A stretch of 28,560 nt of DNA from Cirrosporium novae-zelandiae (lineage: Eukaryota): positions 310,001 through 338,560 of the forward strand of contig JAPETS010000035.1 of NCBI GenBank assembly GCA_026023565.1. Reading direction: 5' to 3'. Positions 22,253 through 28,560 of this stretch are shown here, piece after piece. A program made the translations under genes and the position numbers. Every line of letters begins with the position of its first letter. Positions within the stretch are counted from its first letter, which is position 1. A model generated the notes under the pieces. It was not told where the DNA came from and made no database searches. It was given only the letters and a program-made list of their open reading frames with translations.

Positions 22253-23466
22253 ATGGATAAAACAAGATCATCAACACCACCCCGCCAGGCTGCCAAGCCT
22301 AATGCAATACTGCCTAACCCACCTCTTACGCCAGAGCAAGTGCGCAAAATTGTACGTATTCCTATCACCCCAGTAATCGCCGCGCCTAATACTTACTAGC
22401 CAGGAACTCAACCGTTTAAAAGCAAAAGCAATCAGGGAGCAGCGCGAAGCTGAAGAGAGAAAACAGAACGACTCAACTACACTCAATAGATCGGAGAGCT
22501 CTGTGGCAGGGCAGAAACGAGCCTTCTCTTCAATATCCAAATACGACGTTCCTAGCAATTCCAGAGATGCACGCAATGAAAAGGACTCTCTGCGGCCACT
22601 GGATCAAATACGGCCAGCCAAAAACTTTGCCAAATATGTGGAATACGAGTTCAGTAAGATGACAGACACAAAGGGCGGGTTTATGACTGCAGAGGACGAT
22701 CCCCATAACAAGGCTCTACATACCCCTGGTTTAGATGAGAAGCCTGCACATATGACCATGAAAGAATGGGAAAGGCATCAGTTGTTAAAAAGTTTAGAGA
22801 GGCGCAAAGCCGGGCCCTATGAACCCGGATTGAGTGTTCTCAAAAAGGATGAACTTAAAAAATGTCGCGAGTGTGGTAGCTTTGAGATCGACTATAAGTG
22901 GGAAGAGATTTTCCACTGCGCTGTTTGCAATGCGTGCAAGGAGAAGGTTCCGGAGAAGTACAGCTTACTTACAAAAACTGAAGCTAGGGAAGACTATCTT
23001 CTTACGGAACGTAAGTCAGACCTCTACGAAGGCACTCTAGCTGAGAGACATACTGATTCTAGTAGCGGAGCTCAAGGATGAAGAGCTTTTACCTCACCTA
23101 GAGCGGCCAAATCCACACAAAGCTACCTGGAACAATATGATGCTGTTCCTTAGATATCAAGTCGAGGAGTATGCTTTCAGTAAGAAGTGGGGTTCAGCAG
23201 ATAAACTCGACGAAGAATATACCCGACGGGAAAATGAAAAGAAGCGACGAAAAGAAGCAAAATTCAAGTCAAAGCTAGAGGATCTCAAGAAAAAGACCAG
23301 GTTCGAAGCATACCGAAGAAGCCGAAAGGGAGAGGCCACAAATGAAGTAGGGAAAAGCACCAGACACAATCATCAGTGGGGTCGAGCAGTGGAAGATGCT
23401 GAGACGGGAATGAGCGTAAAGACATGTATCGAATGTGGAATGGAGGTTGAGGAACTAGAATTCTAA
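22253..23466 (+). CDS. RAD14: XPA-family nucleotide excision repair protein. Exons 22253-22351, 22404-23010, 23066-23466
   Basis: MTDTKGGF, C4 zinc finger CRECG...VCNAC, YSLLTKTEAREDYLLT, RPNPHKATWNNMMLFLRYQVEEYA..KWGS, C-terminal CIECG. Confidence 0.95.
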
Positions 23467-23939
23467 TATACACATGTACCTAGTTTTTAGGATAGAAATG
23501 ATACCCAACATTTAAAAATATATATAGATGAAACTACAAAGTATGCAGTTGAGGAATATCCATGCCACACCATGGGACTTTTGGTAGGAAACCGTTGCCG
23601 AGACTGGGACATGGTTTCTCCGACAGCCCAATTCTCTCAACTTGGCCTTAGCGCGAAGACCTCATCATTCGGGAGAAGTTAAGCTGTGGACGCGAAAGAC
23701 AACATCGATTTTAAATCTAATCGTCCTGTTACTCGCTCACCTGTTGAGAGTTTCAATTGACATTTACCTATACTTCAGTGGACGCTTAATTCCCTATACC
23801 CCCTTACCACTGAACTTCACTGTGGCCGAACCTTGACGACGCCTTGATCACCAGGACCCTTTCCAGCTTTTATTTCATCAATTCCAATATTGCACAAGAT
23901 TGCGCGGCGGGGCCTTTAAATCAAAGGCGAAAGCCTTGA

Positions 23940-26701
23940 ATGGCTTGGCAATCATCTTCTGCCATGGCGGGTGGTGGTATGTCACCCGCGGGGAGCGATG
24001 TTGGGAATAATGTGGGTAGTCATCCTCAGGGGACCGAATATACCCTCCAAGGCAAGTACTCGCCCCCATACCTGACCCCTCAGCTGATGTTGTGGCCTTG
24101 GTTCATCGTTGATTCTAACTGCTACGAATCTAGGCGTCATGCGATTTCTCCAGACCGAATGGCACCGCCACGAACGAGACCGAAATGCTTGGGAGATTGA
24201 ACGGGCAGAGATGAAGTCTAGAATAGGCCGGCTAGAGGGGGAGGCTCGTATGGGTAAAAGATTACAGGAATCTCAGGGAAAGCTCGTCAAAATCCTAGAG
24301 CAGGCCCTGAAAAGGGAGCGGGAGAAGGTAAAGAGTCTATCCTCACCGAATGGAAAGTTGGAAGGCGAGAAGGCAAACGTGACTGCCGAGAAGGATTTCG
24401 ACAAAGTGCATATAAAGCGTGAGCGCCTCAGATCGCTGAAGAATCGATTTAAAATTATTTACTCATCCAAATCAGCCCCTCCTCCCAAACCGCAGAATTC
24501 TTTCTTGGATACCACAACCGACCCCGAAGAAAATGAGCAAAACCAACAAGAAGAAAACGACCGAGATAAATCCAAGTCTTATTTAGGGAAGTTTAATCAG
24601 GAATTCTTTTACCACATGATCCCACCCGCACAACCGTTTATACCACCCGACGAACAGCAGGAGGAGCCTCCTAATCATCTATACCCTAACGAACACCCCC
24701 AGCCAACTTTGGAAGATGTATATCTACATCAACGGCAACAGAAGCCTTATTTGAATAATGTCAGTATGACTCGGGAACCCTCCTTACAGAATCACTTAGC
24801 ACCGATACCCCCATCTGGCTCTAATCATATAGACATGTCCCGCCAAAATGAACAACTACAACCGCCTACCTCTATGATGATGACTCGAGATTTTCCAGAC
24901 CAACAGCTACAAAACCAAGTTGAACCCATAACGGCGATTGATCATCGAAAGCAGACACCTTTAGATATGCCGCCATCGCATGAAGACCAGGTTGAACACG
25001 TTACCCATGCATTTGATGCTTATGGTAGGGAAATACCAAGTAGAGAAAATGCCGAGAATATGCGGATGTCTGAGGCAGTGGATGGGACAGATGGATGGGA
25101 CTTTTCTGAACCAATAATTACAAACGAACAACCACCAGAATACGCTGCTCCGCAACGACCAGATACCGACGCATTCCCACCAGCATCTACAATTCCGCCG
25201 AAATCACCTCCCAGACCTAGTCCCGGGTCGCATCGAAGAAAGAGCTCGGGTGCAAGGCGGCGGAGTGAGGTTCCACAAAGCGTCCGTGAAGGGTCTACCA
25301 ATGCTGTGAAATCAGATAGTTCCAGTTTCAAAGTTCGATTTGCCCTCCGAGGTCATCTTGATGTTGTGCGATCTGTTATTTTCACTGGGGGCGGAAGTCC
25401 CTCGGAACCTGAAATCTGTACAGCAGGTGATGATGGAGTAATTAAAAGATGGGTCATTCCAGCCAACTACGGGAACTTCGGAGCACATGGTGGGAGTGTT
25501 AATGATCTGGACGTTACCAGTTATTTCACTCATAGGGGTCACACCGGTTCTGTCACCTCTCTTGCAGCATGTCCGGCGTCTCAGAACTTTTCCAATGGAG
25601 GGAGAGCATTGGGTGATGGGTGGGTATTCTCTGGTGGGCAGGATGCAACCGTAAAGGTTTGGGAGAGAGGAAGGGTAGACCCGAAAGCTACCCTTGATGG
25701 GCACACCGATGCGGTTTGGGCTCTATGCGTCCTACCAGGTACATCTGCTTCAGTATTTGGAGATGACTGTAGCCACTATGGTGGTGCAGAAAGAATACTA
25801 CTTGCATCAGGCGCAGCGGATGGAACCATCCTAATATGGGCGGTCAGTCCTCCTCCACAGCTCACCTCACCACAAACAAGTGGAAGGAGAGGGGCTGGTG
25901 GAGGTCGGAGATCAAATTCAGTCTCGTCTGGATCCAATTTCCCATCGTCACCCCAACCAAGTACAGCTTCATCTACACCATTCAATTACGCCTTGGTACA
26001 TCGAATACAACGAACGGGCGAATCTTCTCCAACCTGTATATCTCCGTTATCCTTGCGCGGCGATACTTTTGTCGCTTCCTTTACCGATGCGTCGGTTCTC
26101 ATATTCGATACCCGAACAGGTGAGGAGGTTGTGGGCATGGCAAGTTTAGAAACCTACGACGGTACCCCTACCACAGGCGTCAACTGTGTCGTTGCCACCA
26201 CCGTCGGTCTAGAGAGCTCTATGGCCCTAGATTCAGGTAGAGGATTATCCGAGGACGATAGCATGGTACACGGTGCAACCGGATCAAGCGGCGGTGTCGA
26301 AGGAGTCGTAATCAGCGGTCATGAAGATCGCTTCATAAGGTTCTTCGATGCCAACAGTGGTAAGACCCTATTTCCCCAATCCTTTTTTTCTTTCTCAGAC
26401 CAGACTTAAAATGCTGACTTTTCTTTTTCTTCGTTTTACAGGCCAATGCACATACACCATGCTAGCCCATCCAGCCGCCATAGCCTCCCTCTCGCTGTCT
26501 CCGGATGGTAGGGAACTTGTTTCTGCTGGACATGACGCGAGTCTCCGATTCTGGTCTCTAGAAAAACGAAGCTGTACTCAGGAAATCACTAGTCATCGGC
26601 TCATGCGTGGTGAGGGCGTGTGCGCGGTTGTTTGGAGTCAGGATGGACGGTGGGTTGTTAGTGGGGGTGGGGATGGTGTCGTTAAGGTCTTTTCTAGATG
26701 A
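23940..26701 (+). CDS. pro11: Striatin (STRIPAK scaffold; Pro11/StrA/Far8 family). Exons 23940-24051, 24134-24418, 24476-26359, 26442-26701 (second intron less certain)
   Basis: [33 protein letters not shown] striatin N-terminus reconstituted across intron 1; C-terminal WD40 repeats ([31 protein letters not shown]). Confidence 0.95.
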
Positions 26702-27650
26702 CGATGACGGCGACTGTGACAATGACAATGGAAATGACGGTGAATGACGCATGGTATGTATGTACGTATACATGCATGCTTCTTCCATTTTCATGTCGTG
26801 TCGTGTGATATAATGTTCATGGTCATGGTCATGAAGGTCATGGCTCAAGGAGAATGGTTTTGCACGTCTTACTTAATTCATGACCGCTTCTACTATGAGG
26901 CAAAGAGAGGAAGAGAGAGAGAGCTAGAAATTCTTGTGTTTTTTTTTTCTTCACCTTCTGTTCTTCAAAAACTTCAAACTTCTTTTCTAGCTATGGATTA
27001 TATTACCATTAACCATTACGCACGCACGCACATACATACATGCAGCTGATAGTGCCATATCCTTCTCGAGCTCTCAAAACTTCTCCCTCTTCAAAACCTT
27101 CTTCTTCGAATCTCAATTCAGAAATGAAAGCAAAGGGGGGTTATTTGCATGGGATTGTGGATATGGATGTGGATGACGTGTTCCTGCCTGCCAATTTTAA
27201 CTCATTTTGTATTATGTTTACTTTCTTCATCCCTGGGGATTCTTTGTTCTGGGACTGGGTGAGATGTTTTGGGTGTAGAGTATGATGATGGTATATGGTC
27301 CTTGATGATGGTGATGATGATGGTGTATTGGTTGGGTTGGGGTTTGGGGATGGATTATGAATGGGATGGACCAGGGATGGGATGGGGATGGAATGGGTTA
27401 GGGATAAGGATAAGGACCGGAGTGAACAGGGAGAACGAAACAGGACAGGACAGGACATGGATGACAGAAGAAGAAAATAATAAGACAAGGGACCAGGACA
27501 ACAGGACAAACAGGACAGGAAAAAGAGACATTTTTTTTCATATTTTCACGTTAAATAGGATTCCTCCCCTTCCCTTTGATTCTTTGATACAATATACAAT
27601 TACGACAGGCGATGGGTGATTAGGAGATGGATCGGTCCAAAGAGCCACCC

Positions 27651-27681
<31 letters not shown>
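27651..27681. repeat. Compound (CA)n(TA)n microsatellite
   Basis: CA run followed directly by a TA run. Confidence 0.85.
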
Positions 27682-27884
27682 GGCGTGAAATGAACTGAAC
27701 CGATGGATTGAATGGGATTGATGGCATGCATGTATAAGGTGTTGTACAAAATATTGTATTTAAAAAAGGTGGTTTTTTTTTCTTTTTCTTTTCTTTTCTT
27801 GTTTTAGATCGAGGTAGATTAATTATTAGGGACTAGGGTTGAATCGAAATAATTTGGATAATTAGGTTTTTTTATATTTTTTAG

Positions 27885-27916
27885 GGAGAGAGAGAGAGAG
27901 AGAGAGGGAGAGAGAG
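27885..27916. repeat. (GA)n microsatellite
   Basis: Directly visible, one interruption. Confidence 0.85.
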
Positions 27917-28057
27917 GTATTTGTTTGTACTAGTGCAAAAATGAACAGGTGGACGGGTAGGTAAAAAAAATCCTCATTGAAAGAGAGGGGAAGGGGAAAG
28001 GGGGAAAAAAAGGAGAGAGAAATCTGGACCAAATCAGTAAGTAATCTTATAATCAAG

Positions 28058-28080
28058 TAGGTAGGTAGGTAGGTAGGTAG
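28058..28080. repeat. (TAGG)n microsatellite
   Basis: taggtaggtaggtaggtaggtag. Confidence 0.85.
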
Positions 28081-28560
28081 ATATATCCTCATTGAGGTGG
28101 AGGTGGAAGTGGGAAGTAGTAGGGCAAGGTCAAGCAAAAGAAGGCCTGGGTAAGTAATAATATCTAGACTAGATGAAAGAAAGCATAGATGAGATGAGCC
28201 TGAGACTGTCTCTGTCATGCCATGCCCAATATCATGTTCTACCAGTCCTGTCCTCTACATCCTCTACACCTACAATAAATTCATTTCAACAAAAACCCAT
28301 TTGAATTTGGAAAATTTCTGGAATCTGAAGATTTCTTGTCATCATAAAAAAGAAGACGAAGAAAAAAAACGCCCTGCGTTTTTCCTTTCCCCTTTCTGAC
28401 ATTTGTAGTAGCAGTCATTCGTTATCATAATCCCTAAGCAACCAACGGAGTCCTTTAAAAAGGACCCATGTTTCCTTATGCTTTTGTTGTGCATGCTTGT
28501 CGTTGTTGTTCTTTTGCCCCTTGGAGTTGGCATATTGGTTGGGGGGGGGGGGGGGGGTGG

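Noticed and set aside
26744..28533. Many short ORFs after striatin
   Set aside because: Low-complexity, repeat-derived translations without motifs or coherent splice structure

Overview
Intron-containing DNA from a filamentous ascomycete (Pezizomycotina-like; species not determinable). Left to right: (1) 3' end of deoxyhypusine synthase (DYS1). (2) A ~1.7-1.9 kb ORF-less, microsatellite-rich stretch. On the minus strand it has the architecture of a fungal telomerase RNA (core-enclosing helix, template-boundary hairpin, U-rich/A-rich pseudoknot, G-U-containing 3' stems), but its candidate template would not encode TTAGGG. (3) A ~12 kb accessory island resembling a half-dead aromatic-catabolism cluster: intact VOC/extradiol-type dioxygenase and FAH-family hydrolase, a MITE between them, and transition-riddled pseudogenes of two SDRs, a P450 and one or two Zn2Cys6 regulators, mostly missing from or fragmentary in the ORF track. 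(4) A housekeeping block: MATH-pseudoUSP-MORN-RING protein, PIG-P/GPI19, RAD14 and striatin (GC-AG first intron). (5) Low-complexity intergenic DNA. Exon structures and pseudogene translations were derived by hand and family calls come from remembered motifs; no searches were run.
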